Shown in pieces: positions 1 through 9,586 of a stretch of 64,000 nt of DNA. The stretch comes from Crocinitomicaceae bacterium. GTDB taxonomy: Bacteria; Bacteroidota; Bacteroidia; Flavobacteriales_D; Crocinitomicaceae. A program made the translations under genes and the position numbers. Under the pieces are notes generated by a model. It did no database searches and was not told the origin of the DNA. It saw nothing but the letters and a program-made list of their open reading frames with translations. Within the stretch, counting starts at the first letter, position 1, and each line of letters starts with the position of its first letter. Location of the stretch: the NCBI GenBank assembly GCA_024643555.1, contig JAHEMQ010000005.1:30453-94452 (forward strand). Reading direction: 5' to 3'.

Positions 1-564
1 GACTTGACCATTCAAAAATGGAATGAGGAAAACGAACCGATTTATTTTTTTAGGGCACGAACAGCCACAAATATTCCAGGCACGAATCGTTGGGAATTGA
101 AGGACTATTATGAAAAGACGTATCATTTTCCAAATGGAAAACTAATACATGGAGCGAAAAAGGACACAACCTTTTCTTTCACTGTAGATGAAATGGCTCA
201 ACGTGAAAATGTGGCACAATCCATGACATTCAGTGAATTAACACGATTAATTAAGCGCGAAAAGTTAAAAGGTTCTTCCTTAGTTCCGACGTATGAAATT
301 GAATTACATCAACGAACTTCTTATCCTTTTGCTGCTTACATATTAACGATAATGGGTGTTTCTGTGTCTTCACGTAAGAAAAGAGGAGGCATTGGAGTCA
401 ATGTTGCAATTGGATTAACGATTGTTTTCATCTATATTTTCTCCATGAAAATGCTAACGGTTGCATCTATGAATGTCGGTTTGCCAGCGGTAGTCGCAGT
501 ATGGATTCCAAATGCTTTGTTTGCAATTGCGGCCTATGTCCTGTATCGCTTTGCTCAGAAATGA
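1..564 (+). CDS. LptF/LptG-family (YjgP/YjgQ) LPS export permease, C-terminal fragment; the 5' end lies outside the window
   Basis: The frame is open to the window edge. A soluble segment is followed by hydrophobic TM helices at the C-terminus, typical of YjgP/YjgQ permeases. Confidence 0.65.
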   Translation, partial: DLTIQKWNEENEPIYFFRARTATNIPGTNRWELKDYYEKTYHFPNGKLIHGAKKDTTFSFTVDEMAQRENVAQSMTFSELTRLIKREKLKGSSLVPTYEIELHQRTSYPFAAYILTIMGVSVSSRKKRGGIGVNVAIGLTIVFIYIFSMKMLTVASMNVGLPAVVAVWIPNALFAIAAYVLYRFAQK

Positions 565-1481
565 GTCATTTTTTCTAAGTCGATCCATAGGCCATCTTCC
601 GCGCAAATCGTTCGTTCAAAAATTGATTTGGCTTCTATTAAATGTTGGTCCGAACCATCATAACGAGAAGAAAAATGTCCAATCATAAGGTTTTTAACTT
701 TCATTTTCTGCGCCATCGTAGCTGCTTGCTTGGCAGTGCTGTGATAAGTTTGTTTGGCACGGTCGCTATGTTGGTCCGTAAAAGTAGCCTCATGATACAT
801 TAAATCCGCATGTTCAATGGCTTTTTCATAACCGGTCCATGGTTTCGTATCGGAACAATACACGTAGTTCAATGAAGGAGATGGTGGAAAGGTAAATTTT
901 TCAAATTGAAGTATTTTTCCATTTTTTTCCAAATTGATTCCCGATTTTAACTTTGGAAGGTCTTCAAGAGACAGACCGAATTCTGCAATAGCGGCAGCAT
1001 TTAGGTGAAAAGGCTTGGCTTTTTCTGCGATTCGGTAACCCCATGTATGGATGCGGTGTTTCAAAGGAAAACTTTGAATTTCAATTAAACGGTCTTCAAA
1101 AATGGTTTCTAGGGATTTGGATTCAGTCACTACAAATTTAATATCGAAACAAAGTTTATGTCCACCAACTTCTATAAACGACAATAACAAGGATTGTAAT
1201 TCGGTCGGTCCATAAATGGTAAGTCCTCTGTTTCTCCCTAATAGATGCATGGAGGATATTAAACCAGGTAGTCCAAAAAAATGGTCGCCATGCAAATGGG
1301 AAATTAAAATATGTGAGATTCGTTGAAGTTTTATACCGAATTTTCGGAGTTGCAATTGTGTTCCTTCTCCACAATCAATGAGGATATGACGATTGTTGCA
1401 TTCGACATATTGAGCTGTTGGTGCTCTTTGTCCAGTTGGAAGTGCTGCACCACTGCCGAGTATGCAGATGGAAAAACTCAT
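555..1481 (-). CDS. rnz: ribonuclease Z (metallo-beta-lactamase fold, tRNA 3' processing)
   Basis: HLHGDH (HxHxDH) motif, N-terminal ILGSGAALP and RNase Z length. The ATG overlaps the upstream stop as TAATG. Confidence 0.9.
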   Translation of the reverse strand: MSFSICILGSGAALPTGQRAPTAQYVECNNRHILIDCGEGTQLQLRKFGIKLQRISHILISHLHGDHFFGLPGLISSMHLLGRNRGLTIYGPTELQSLLLSFIEVGGHKLCFDIKFVVTESKSLETIFEDRLIEIQSFPLKHRIHTWGYRIAEKAKPFHLNAAAIAEFGLSLEDLPKLKSGINLEKNGKILQFEKFTFPPSPSLNYVYCSDTKPWTGYEKAIEHADLMYHEATFTDQHSDRAKQTYHSTAKQAATMAQKMKVKNLMIGHFSSRYDGSDQHLIEAKSIFERTICAEDGLWIDLEKMTHF

Positions 1482-1819
1482 TAGATTAACGCATCGATTC
1501 CTTTGTTAACGGAATCTGCGATGACAAGTACTTTATCCAATTGAGCGATTTCAATCATTTTTTGCACGTTACTTTGTAATCCACAAATGGCAAATCCACC
1601 ATTCGTATCCTTACATAAGCGATTTGCTATGAGTACGGCACTTAATCCAGATGAATCGCAGTATTTTGTTTTTGTAAGGTCCAGAAGAATGAAATTACTC
1701 CCTACTTTATTCAATTGAAGGAAGTGGCTTTTCAACTCAGGTGCATTGCTCGCATCTAATTTTTCGACATGAGTCGAGACAACAACTATTTTTCCTTGAG
1801 GGTCTACTGAAAAGTTCAT
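1481..1819 (-). CDS. STAS-domain protein (anti-sigma-factor antagonist-like)
   Basis: 112 aa with a conserved DSSGL phosphorylatable-serine motif, typical of SpoIIAA/STAS proteins. Confidence 0.8.
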   Translation of the reverse strand: MNFSVDPQGKIVVVSTHVEKLDASNAPELKSHFLQLNKVGSNFILLDLTKTKYCDSSGLSAVLIANRLCKDTNGGFAICGLQSNVQKMIEIAQLDKVLVIADSVNKGIDALI

Positions 1820-1833
1820 GACAATCGTTTTGT

Positions 1834-1841
1834 CAAATGTA
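1834..1841 (-). promoter_or_regulatory. -7 promoter box TACATTTG (TAnnTTTG), 14 nt upstream of the STAS ATG
   Basis: Perfect match to the Bacteroidota -7 consensus in the correct orientation, within an intergenic gap. Confidence 0.45.
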
Positions 1842-1848
1842 AAAATTT

Positions 1849-2778
1849 TCAGCGTTCAATCTTCGAAGCGAGCAAATAAATTACGGCCATTCTTACTGCA
1901 ACGCCATTTTCTACTTGATCGAGTATGATGCTTTGCTTTGAATCAGCTACGTCACTGGTAATTTCGACTCCTCTATTTATTGGACCAGGATGCATCACAA
2001 TGATTTCCTTCGAAAGTCCATCGAGCATTTCTTTGTTGAGTCCAAACAGCATCGTGTATTCGCGAAGTGAAGGAAAATATTTGATGTCTTGACGTTCCAA
2101 TTGTATGCGAAGCATATTGGCTACATCACACCATTCAAGCGCTTCCCGCAGGTTGTGCGATACCTTTACGCCCAAATCACCTATGTATTTCGGTATCAAA
2201 GTAGTAGGGCCACAGACCATCACTTCTGCTCCTAGTTTTTGAAGGCAGTAAATATTGGACAAGGCTACACGCGAATGAAGGATGTCACCCACAATGACTA
2301 CTTTTTTACCTTCCACACTTCCAAGTCTTTCGCGAATTGAAAAAGCATCTAATAGGGCTTGAGTTGGATGTTCATGCGTGCCGTCTCCCGCATTGATGAC
2401 ACGAGCCTTCACTTTTTGAGAAAGGAAAAGAGCAGCACCTGGGTTTGGGTGTCGCATAACAACCATGTCCACTTTCATGGCAAGAATGTTATTGACCGTA
2501 TCGATGAGTGTTTCTCCTTTTTTCACTGAACTGCTTGCGGCACTGAAGTTGACCGTATCTGCAGAGAGTCTTTTTTCAGCAAGTTCAAAAGATAAGCGTG
2601 TTCTCGTTGAATTTTCGAAGAAAATATTTGCAATCGTAATATCTCTGAGTGAAGGAACTTTTTTAATGGGACGATTAATAACTTCTTTGAAGCTATCAGC
2701 AGTTTTAAAGATTAACTCAATATCAGCACGAGTTAAATCTTTGATGCCAGTAAGGTGATCAACACTTAAATTATTCAT
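1849..2778 (-). CDS. pyrB: aspartate carbamoyltransferase catalytic subunit
   Basis: STRTR, HPTQ and HPGP motifs over 309 aa. Overlaps pyrR by 8 nt. Confidence 0.95.
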   Translation of the reverse strand: MNNLSVDHLTGIKDLTRADIELIFKTADSFKEVINRPIKKVPSLRDITIANIFFENSTRTRLSFELAEKRLSADTVNFSAASSSVKKGETLIDTVNNILAMKVDMVVMRHPNPGAALFLSQKVKARVINAGDGTHEHPTQALLDAFSIRERLGSVEGKKVVIVGDILHSRVALSNIYCLQKLGAEVMVCGPTTLIPKYIGDLGVKVSHNLREALEWCDVANMLRIQLERQDIKYFPSLREYTMLFGLNKEMLDGLSKEIIVMHPGPINRGVEITSDVADSKQSIILDQVENGVAVRMAVIYLLASKIER

Positions 2779-3319
2779 TGCTTTCTTTTGTAAACAATAC
2801 CACTTTATCTTCGCCTTCTAATTCTTTCCATTCAACAGAAACACGTTCGGAAACGAGCGTATCCACTGTTTTTCCTACGTAATCCGCTTGAATGGGTAAG
2901 TCACGGCTATAACGACGATCAATCAAAACCAATAATTCCACTTTGGAAGGACGACCAAAGGTCAACAAGGCATCTAAGCCAGAACGAATGGTTCTACCGG
3001 TGTAAAGGACATCATCTACTAAGATGACACGTTTGTTTTCGAGGCTAAAATCGATGTTCGTAATACTAGGAATCATTGGCTTTTCGCGTCGACGAAAATC
3101 GTCGCGATAAAAGGTGATGTCCAAATTTCCGCATTGAATTTCTTTACCAAGAATTGATTCCAGATAGGACTTAAGCCTTGTCACAACATGGATTCCTCTA
3201 GGTTGTAGTCCTACGAGAACGGTATCTGAAAAATCGTTGTGGGATTCAATTAATTCATGGGAAAGACGTTTCAAAGTGAGGTCCAAATGTGTTGGATTCA
3301 AAATGATTTGCTTTTCCAT
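2771..3319 (-). CDS. pyrR: bifunctional pyrimidine regulatory protein PyrR / uracil phosphoribosyltransferase
   Basis: PRTase motif VILVDDVLYTGRT. Start moved to the ATG at 3319 (MEKQIIL), two codons inside the longest ORF. Confidence 0.9.
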   Translation of the reverse strand: MEKQIILNPTHLDLTLKRLSHELIESHNDFSDTVLVGLQPRGIHVVTRLKSYLESILGKEIQCGNLDITFYRDDFRRREKPMIPSITNIDFSLENKRVILVDDVLYTGRTIRSGLDALLTFGRPSKVELLVLIDRRYSRDLPIQADYVGKTVDTLVSERVSVEWKELEGEDKVVLFTKESNE

Positions 3320-3324
3320 TAGCA

Positions 3325-3332
3325 CAAAGATA
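3325..3332 (-). promoter_or_regulatory. -7 promoter box TATCTTTG, 5 nt before the pyrR ATG (leaderless geometry)
   Basis: The minus strand reads TATCTTTG-TGCTA-ATG. Confidence 0.45.
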
Positions 3333-3369
3333 CGGCTTATTTATAATTCAACGAAGTGGAGGATGAAAT

Positions 3370-4605
3370 TTATCCATTAAAAAGCTGAAGATTGAGATCT
3401 GATAAGAGAAAAAAGCTACCCGTTACCAAAATGAGGTCTTCTTCAGCTGCTTCGGCAATCAATTTGCTTAGGATTGAATTTACATTGCTATTGATGGAGC
3501 AAATGCGCTTATCCACTAATTTTAATGCTTCTAATTGCGCAAGTGAAAAACTTCGTTCATTCCCAAATGAGCAAAGGTGAATCTGTACTTTATCAGGAAA
3601 TAAATCTAAGATTTCACGTATGTTTTTATCTTGAGAGGCTCCGTAAATCAGTTGTAATTCTCCATAATTTAATCGGGTGACCGCTTCCATCGTTGCTTTC
3701 ATTCCATCCGCATTGTGGGAAACATCCAACAGCACTTTGGGCGCTTCCTGAAGTTGAGACAAACGTCCAAACAACCCACTGTTCTGAGCGACTTTTTTCA
3801 CTGCAGTGCGTATCGTTTCTTCCGAAATAGACATGCCCAAACAATGAAGTGTAACAAGTGCAGTTTGAAGGTTTTTTAACTGTAAATTTGGTAAATTTAG
3901 GTCACTCGGATAACGCAGTTCCATTTGGTCAGCGAACAAAATAGTACTTTCGTTTTTATGCGCTGTTTGACGAAAAATGTCGGCACAATTCAATTGTGAT
4001 TGCCCGATGATCACGGGTCTTCGAGCTTTCATGATTCCAGCCTTTTCCTTGGCAATTTCTTCTAAAGTGGACCCTAAAAACTGTGTGTGATCCAAGCCGA
4101 TGTTGGTAATAACTGAAATATCTGATTGTAAAACATTTGTGGCGTCTAACCTTCCTCCCATTCCTGTTTCAATGACTAAATAGTTACAGTTGTTTCGTTG
4201 AAAATGATCCAAGGCCATCGCAAAGCTGATTTCAAAGAAACTTGGTTCGAAATCGAGCTGAAGTGCATGAACACGTTGACAAAATTGCAAGACAGAGTCC
4301 TCGTTAATCATTTCCCCGTTGATGCGAATGCGTTCGCGAAAATCGAAAATATGAGGAGAAGTAAATAGTCCTACTTTTTCATTTTTTTCCGTCAATATTG
4401 AATTCATGTACGAACAGGTCGAACCTTTACCGTTTGTACCAGCCACGTGAATGATTTTTTCGGAGTCAAGATTAATTTGCAGCGCTGCTAGTAATTCTTT
4501 TGTTTGTTGAAGTCCTGGTTTATAAGCTCCTGCACCAATGTTTTGATAGGATGGAAATTGTGAAAACATCCATTTAATTGCCGCTGAATAAGATTTTAAT
4601 TCCAT
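3370..4605 (-). CDS. folC: bifunctional folylpolyglutamate synthase / dihydrofolate synthase
   Basis: Mur-ligase P-loop GTNGKGS and FolC-like length. Start set at the internal ATG (MELKSY), which removes the overlap with the upstream gene. Confidence 0.9.
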   Translation of the reverse strand: MELKSYSAAIKWMFSQFPSYQNIGAGAYKPGLQQTKELLAALQINLDSEKIIHVAGTNGKGSTCSYMNSILTEKNEKVGLFTSPHIFDFRERIRINGEMINEDSVLQFCQRVHALQLDFEPSFFEISFAMALDHFQRNNCNYLVIETGMGGRLDATNVLQSDISVITNIGLDHTQFLGSTLEEIAKEKAGIMKARRPVIIGQSQLNCADIFRQTAHKNESTILFADQMELRYPSDLNLPNLQLKNLQTALVTLHCLGMSISEETIRTAVKKVAQNSGLFGRLSQLQEAPKVLLDVSHNADGMKATMEAVTRLNYGELQLIYGASQDKNIREILDLFPDKVQIHLCSFGNERSFSLAQLEALKLVDKRICSINSNVNSILSKLIAEAAEEDLILVTGSFFLLSDLNLQLFNG

Positions 4606-4609
4606 GAAG

Positions 4610-5971
4610 TTAGATCTGTTGAAGAAAGAAAACCCCAATGCCTGCAACGTAACCTAGGAAAGCTAAAAATGAAATGTGTTTAAGGTACCAAAAGAAGGAG
4701 ATTTTCTCCATTCCCATCGCTACGACTCCGGCAGCAGAACCAATGATGAGCATGGAACCACCCGTACCAGCTGCGTAAGCGATGAAATGCCAAATTTCAT
4801 GGTCTAGTCCGAATTGGAACATTCCCATCGATGCCGCAACAATGGGTACATTGTCAATAATAGCGGATGCTACGCCAAGTAATGCAACAAAGAGGTTCAC
4901 ATTCATCACCTCTTGAATTTGAACACCTAAGCCATAGATCATTCCCATAGATTCCATAGCCGCGATTGTCATAAGTATCCCTAGAAAAAATAAGATACTT
5001 GGAAGTTCAATTTTTCGAAGTGCTTTAAAAGTCGGACTATTGTGCTCTTGAGTATCTGTAATATCGGTCAAAGAAAAATGTCGTTTGCTCAAAATTTCTG
5101 CAACGATAGAAAGTACAGCTAAAGAGAACATCATGCCCATATAAGGAGGAAGGTGCGTGATTATTTTCATGATTGGAACCAATACAATCAGAAATAATCC
5201 AAGTACAAGGATCCAAATACTGTGTTTATTCGTCGATTGATTGGAATCCATTGGAGGAATGTTTCCTTTGAAAACGGATAATCGACTAGCCATGAAAACG
5301 GGTAAAAATATGGACACAAGAGAAGGTAAAAACAGATGGGTAACTAATCCGCCAGCATTCACTTTATGATTCATCCAAAGCATGGTGGTTGTTACGTCGC
5401 CAATTGGGGACCAAGCTCCACCAGAATTTGCCGCAATGATGATGAATCCAGCATACCATTTTCTCAACTCATTTTCCGCGACAATTTTTCTTAAAATACT
5501 AATCAGTACAATAGTGGCCGTTAAATTATCAATAAGTGCAGAAAGCAGGAAGGCCAGGGAGCACATGATCCAAAGAAGCCAAATTTTTCGCTTTGTTTTA
5601 ATGAGAGATTTGAAGACTTGAAATCCATCGAAATGGTCAATAATTTCCACAATTGTCATGGCTCCAATCAAGAAAATCAATATTTCACTTGTTTTACCAA
5701 AATGGTGCAGCAGACTAGCGTCAATTAGTTCTCTTTTTTGTTCCAAGGATCCGCTCAATTCTGGGATACTTAGTTGTCCACATTTAGGATCGGTCATTAA
5801 TCCGTTCATGGGATCCAACCACGAAATGATATGGGGTAATCCAATGTATATTACAGCCCAAGAAGTTACCATCATGAAAAGTGCAGGTACTAATTTGTCA
5901 ATTCTCAGTTTATGCTCCATGGTAATAGCAACATAACCGAAAACGAAAATCAAAAGTAGGGCAGAGCTCAT
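4610..5971 (-). CDS. NhaD/ArsB-family Na+/H+ antiporter (multi-pass membrane transporter)
   Basis: 453 aa with about 11-12 predicted TM helices and NhaD-like conserved segments (ANSGGAWSPIGDVTT). Confidence 0.75.
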   Translation of the reverse strand: MSSALLLIFVFGYVAITMEHKLRIDKLVPALFMMVTSWAVIYIGLPHIISWLDPMNGLMTDPKCGQLSIPELSGSLEQKRELIDASLLHHFGKTSEILIFLIGAMTIVEIIDHFDGFQVFKSLIKTKRKIWLLWIMCSLAFLLSALIDNLTATIVLISILRKIVAENELRKWYAGFIIIAANSGGAWSPIGDVTTTMLWMNHKVNAGGLVTHLFLPSLVSIFLPVFMASRLSVFKGNIPPMDSNQSTNKHSIWILVLGLFLIVLVPIMKIITHLPPYMGMMFSLAVLSIVAEILSKRHFSLTDITDTQEHNSPTFKALRKIELPSILFFLGILMTIAAMESMGMIYGLGVQIQEVMNVNLFVALLGVASAIIDNVPIVAASMGMFQFGLDHEIWHFIAYAAGTGGSMLIIGSAAGVVAMGMEKISFFWYLKHISFLAFLGYVAGIGVFFLQQI

Positions 5972-5973
5972 TT

Positions 5974-7203
5974 TTATACCAATTGTTTCAGCGCGATTTC
6001 AAAGGCTGATTTAGCTATGTTGGTTTGTGCTGGATTTTGTTCTTTGGCTTTTTCCAATGCTTCGAAAATAATGCGACTTGTATCGTCGAATATCAAACGA
6101 TCTTCAATGGATTCAAGGTCATTACTCATTAAATAAGCAAAAACACGTGCCATTCCGCAATTTGCAATGAAATCTGGAATTAACGAAAGGTTTGCATCGG
6201 CTTTTTCAGCAATTGGACCAAAGAAAATTTCTTGATCTGCAAAAGGTACATTTGCACCAGATGAAATGACTTTCACTCCGGCAGCTAATAGTTCATTTAA
6301 ATTCTCTTCCGACAACATGCGGCTACCTGCACACGGGATAAAAACATCTGCTGGTGTACTCCAAATGCGCGCATTTACTTCCTCAAACGAAAGCATATCA
6401 TCACTTTTTAATTCATTTCCATTTTTAGTAAGGAACAATGATTTTACTTCTTCAAAGCTTAGTCCATCTTCTTTGATGATTCCACCAACTCGGTCAATGA
6501 TTCCTACAATCTTAGCGCCATTCAAGGCCAAATAATAAGCTGCAGCGGAACCCACATTTCCCCAACCTTGAACAAGTACTTTTTTTCCAGTTAGATTCCC
6601 TCCCCACAAGGCGTAGTAATGACGAATGGATTCAGATACGCCATATCCGGTTATCATGTCCGCAACAACATATTTGCGAGCGACATCTGGACTCAAGGTC
6701 TCATCTTGAATCACTTTTAATACCCCGCGTTGCAATTGACCAATGCGGTTCATTTTTTGAGCTTCTTTTGGTTGAAAATGTCCGTTGAAAACTCCTTCTT
6801 GTGGATGCCAAACCCCGCAAGATTCAGTAATCGGAATCACTTCATGAATTTCATCCACGTTCAAATCACCACCTGTACCGTAGTAATTTTTCAACAAGGG
6901 AGATACAGCAGCGAACCAACGTTTCAACACCCCTTCCTTACGTGGGTCTTTGGGGTCGAAGTTAATGCCAGATTTAGCTCCGCCAATAGCAGGTCCTGCA
7001 ACGGTAAATTTCACTTCCATTGTTTTCGCTAACGATTCAACCTCGCGCTTGTCTAGTCCAACACGCATGCGAGTACCACCTCCAGCTGCACCGCCGCGTA
7101 GTGAGTTAATCACGACCCAACCTTCTGCTTCGGTTTCGGCATCTTTCCACTCAAAAACGATTTCAGGTCGTTTGTTCTCAAATTTTTGGAGTAAATCTTT
7201 CAT
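5974..7203 (-). CDS. Glu/Leu/Phe/Val-family dehydrogenase (probable glutamate dehydrogenase)
   Basis: Catalytic GGAKSG lysine motif and Rossmann motif GWGNVG, over 409 aa. Confidence 0.85.
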   Translation of the reverse strand: MKDLLQKFENKRPEIVFEWKDAETEAEGWVVINSLRGGAAGGGTRMRVGLDKREVESLAKTMEVKFTVAGPAIGGAKSGINFDPKDPRKEGVLKRWFAAVSPLLKNYYGTGGDLNVDEIHEVIPITESCGVWHPQEGVFNGHFQPKEAQKMNRIGQLQRGVLKVIQDETLSPDVARKYVVADMITGYGVSESIRHYYALWGGNLTGKKVLVQGWGNVGSAAAYYLALNGAKIVGIIDRVGGIIKEDGLSFEEVKSLFLTKNGNELKSDDMLSFEEVNARIWSTPADVFIPCAGSRMLSEENLNELLAAGVKVISSGANVPFADQEIFFGPIAEKADANLSLIPDFIANCGMARVFAYLMSNDLESIEDRLIFDDTSRIIFEALEKAKEQNPAQTNIAKSAFEIALKQLV

Positions 7204-7225
7204 TTCTTTCGTTATATATCGTTTG

Positions 7226-7233
7226 CAAAATTA
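7226..7233 (-). promoter_or_regulatory. -7 promoter box TAATTTTG, 22 nt upstream of the dehydrogenase ATG
   Basis: Perfect TAnnTTTG in the intergenic gap, in the correct orientation. Confidence 0.45.
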
Positions 7234-7290
7234 GGAAAATGGTCCTAATGCCGCTGTCATTTCAAATTATTTTCAAACAGTTTCATGAAC

Positions 7291-8376
7291 TTATCTTGCT
7301 CGGTGGAGAACTCCCGTACAAAGTTCCTGATTGGCTCCAGTCACACTTGGAACATTTGTTGGTTCTCCACGGAGATGTCTTGCCCCAAGAAATGCAAATA
7401 CTAAAGCTTCCTTAAAATCAATGATTTCCTTTTCAGGAATGAGGCAAGTTCCATTAAAATGAACACGAAGTCTTTCCAGTAAGTAGGTGTTTTTAGTGCC
7501 TCCACCGGTGATGAAAACCGAAGTTAAATTTTCTGTATTCAAGACATGTGCAATTTGAATAGCGACATGTTCGGTATGGCTACACAATAAATCTGCTATG
7601 TTTTCGCTCCTATTTAAAAGTGGCATATAATGTTTATTCAACCATTCAATTCCAAGCGATTTTGGAGCTTTTTGAGCGTAATAGGCTAATGAGTTTAATT
7701 GTTCGAGTAAAGATGGGTTGATTTTTCCCGATTGGGCAAGTTGACCATCTTGGTCAAAAGATTTCCCAATTGTTTGCATAAGCAAATTTGAAGGCAGGTT
7801 CGCGGGAGAAATATCAAAAGCTTGAATTTGACCGTGCTTTCGGAAACTGATATTCGAAAATCCCCCAAGGTTTAAAAAAGCGCTTGCTTTGTCTCCGAAT
7901 AAATGAAAATCTCCAATGGGAACAAGGGGAGCTCCTTGTCCGCCTGCAATGACATCCAAACTTCTGAAATCATTGATAACATCAATGCCGGTTTTAAACG
8001 CCATCGTTGATCCGCATCCAATTTGAAGGGTAAATCCGCGATGAGGTTGATGAAATACGGTATGCCCATGAGAGGAGATGGCTGCGATTTGCTGTTTGCT
8101 AATCTTATTTTTCTGCATAAAAACATTCACCATTTCAGCGAAGTAAGCACCAAGTTCCTTATCGAATATTTGAAGTTCTTCTGAGTTCAAATTCGTCGCG
8201 TTTTTTAACTTCTCCAAAATGGACTCAGGATAGCTAAAGGTATGAAAATGAAGTAATTCAAAGGTGATGGTTTCCGCCTGAAAGGCGAAAGAAACATGTG
8301 CAATGTCTAATCCATCCAAAGATGTCCCTGACATCAGACCTAAAATCTCCATTTTATTCCGGTTTATTTCTTTCAT
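7291..8376 (-). CDS. anmK: anhydro-N-acetylmuramic acid kinase
   Basis: GLMSGTSLDGLD N-terminal motif and the AnmK ATPase fold. The start could alternatively be the ATG at 8352. Confidence 0.88.
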   Translation of the reverse strand: MKEINRNKMEILGLMSGTSLDGLDIAHVSFAFQAETITFELLHFHTFSYPESILEKLKNATNLNSEELQIFDKELGAYFAEMVNVFMQKNKISKQQIAAISSHGHTVFHQPHRGFTLQIGCGSTMAFKTGIDVINDFRSLDVIAGGQGAPLVPIGDFHLFGDKASAFLNLGGFSNISFRKHGQIQAFDISPANLPSNLLMQTIGKSFDQDGQLAQSGKINPSLLEQLNSLAYYAQKAPKSLGIEWLNKHYMPLLNRSENIADLLCSHTEHVAIQIAHVLNTENLTSVFITGGGTKNTYLLERLRVHFNGTCLIPEKEIIDFKEALVFAFLGARHLRGEPTNVPSVTGANQELCTGVLHRAR

Positions 8377-8393
8377 GCTTGGCAGAATTCATT

Positions 8394-8401
8394 TATTTTT
8401 G
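8394..8401 (+). promoter_or_regulatory. -7 promoter box TATTTTTG, 24 nt upstream of the acyl-CoA dehydrogenase ATG
   Basis: Perfect TAnnTTTG. It lies 2 bp from the oppositely oriented anmK box. Confidence 0.45.
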
Positions 8402-8403
8402 TT

Positions 8404-8411
8404 CAAAATTA
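8404..8411 (-). promoter_or_regulatory. -7 promoter box TAATTTTG, 27 nt upstream of the anmK ATG at 8376
   Basis: Perfect TAnnTTTG on the minus strand. Confidence 0.4.
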
Positions 8412-8425
8412 AAAAATCAATCAAC

Positions 8426-9568
8426 ATGAATTTTGAATTGACAGAAGAGCAACTTGCAGTAAAGGAAGCAGCTAGGGATTTTGCTCAAAATGTATTGAAG
8501 CCAGGAGTTATCGATCGCGATAATAACCAACGTTTTCCCGCCGAAGAAATCAAACAACTTGCGGAATTAGGATTCATGGGAATGATGGTTGACCCCCAAT
8601 ATGGCGGAAGTGGTATGGATACCTTATCTTATGTTTTGGCGATGGAAGAAATTTCCAAAGTGGATGCATCAGCATCCGTATGTATGTCAGTAAACAACTC
8701 CTTGGTTTGTTGGGGATTAGAAAAATATGGGTCAGAGGAACAAAAACAAAAATTCTTAGTTCCACTTGCTACAGGTGAAAAAATCGGAGCATTTTGTTTA
8801 TCGGAACCAGAAGCAGGTTCAGATGCGACGTCTCAACGCACAACTGCCATCGATATGGGAGACCATTATTTGTTAAATGGTACCAAAAACTGGATTACAA
8901 ATGGTTCGTCTGCCTCCACATACCTTGTGATTGCACAAACAAATACAGAATTGGGCCATAAAGGAATCAATGCATTAATCGTTGAACGAGGAATGGAAGG
9001 ATTTGTGGTTGGAGCAAAAGAAGATAAAATGGGTATTCGTGGAAGTGATACACATACTTTGTTGTTTAACGACGTAAAAGTACCAAAGGCGAATCGCATT
9101 GGTGAGGACGGATTTGGATTTACATTTGCCATGAAGGTATTGAGTGGTGGTAGAATTGGAATTGCTGCGCAAGCCTTAGGAATTGCCGCTGGTGCGTTTG
9201 AATTGGCAACGGCTTATTCAAAAGAACGAAAAGCATTCGGAAAAGAAATTTACAAGCATCAAGCCATTGCTTTTAAATTGGCAGACATGGCGACTGAGAT
9301 TGAAGCAGCGCGTTTATTGGTATACAAATCAGCAATGGACAAAGACATGGGTAAAAACTATGATCAGTCCAGTGCAATGGCTAAACTATACGCATCCAAG
9401 GTAGCGATGGAACAAACGGTTGAAGCTGTTCAGATTCATGGTGGATATGGTTTTGTGAAAGAATACCATGTGGAACGATTGATGCGCGACGCGAAAATCA
9501 CACAGATTTACGAGGGGACTTCAGAAGTTCAAAAAATTGTCATCTCTCGAGGTGTTTTGGCGGATTAA
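8426..9568 (+). CDS. acyl-CoA dehydrogenase (short/medium-chain type)
   Basis: MNFELTEEQ start typical of ACADs, plus CLSEPEAGSD and a C-terminal YEGTSEVQ motif. Start trimmed to the ATG at 8426. Confidence 0.9.
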   Translation: MNFELTEEQLAVKEAARDFAQNVLKPGVIDRDNNQRFPAEEIKQLAELGFMGMMVDPQYGGSGMDTLSYVLAMEEISKVDASASVCMSVNNSLVCWGLEKYGSEEQKQKFLVPLATGEKIGAFCLSEPEAGSDATSQRTTAIDMGDHYLLNGTKNWITNGSSASTYLVIAQTNTELGHKGINALIVERGMEGFVVGAKEDKMGIRGSDTHTLLFNDVKVPKANRIGEDGFGFTFAMKVLSGGRIGIAAQALGIAAGAFELATAYSKERKAFGKEIYKHQAIAFKLADMATEIEAARLLVYKSAMDKDMGKNYDQSSAMAKLYASKVAMEQTVEAVQIHGGYGFVKEYHVERLMRDAKITQIYEGTSEVQKIVISRGVLAD

Positions 9569-9586
9569 TCATAAAAACAAGGAATT

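Noticed and set aside
3320-3369. A PyrR-binding transcription attenuator upstream of pyrR-pyrB, as found in Bacillus.
   Set aside because: Only 50 nt separate pyrR from the folC stop. A -7 box sits 5 nt from the ATG, and I could find no terminator/antiterminator hairpin. There is neither room nor structure for a Bacillus-type leader here.
4606-4647. Apparent long same-strand overlaps in the ORF track: folC/nhaD 38 nt, queG/ruvB 25 nt (40943-40972), tsaB/response regulator 47 nt (28477-28512), and the acyl-CoA dehydrogenase ORF running back into anmK (8303-8425).
   Set aside because: These are artefacts of taking the longest ORF. Internal ATGs that match family N-termini ([36 protein letters not shown]) remove or shrink the overlaps.
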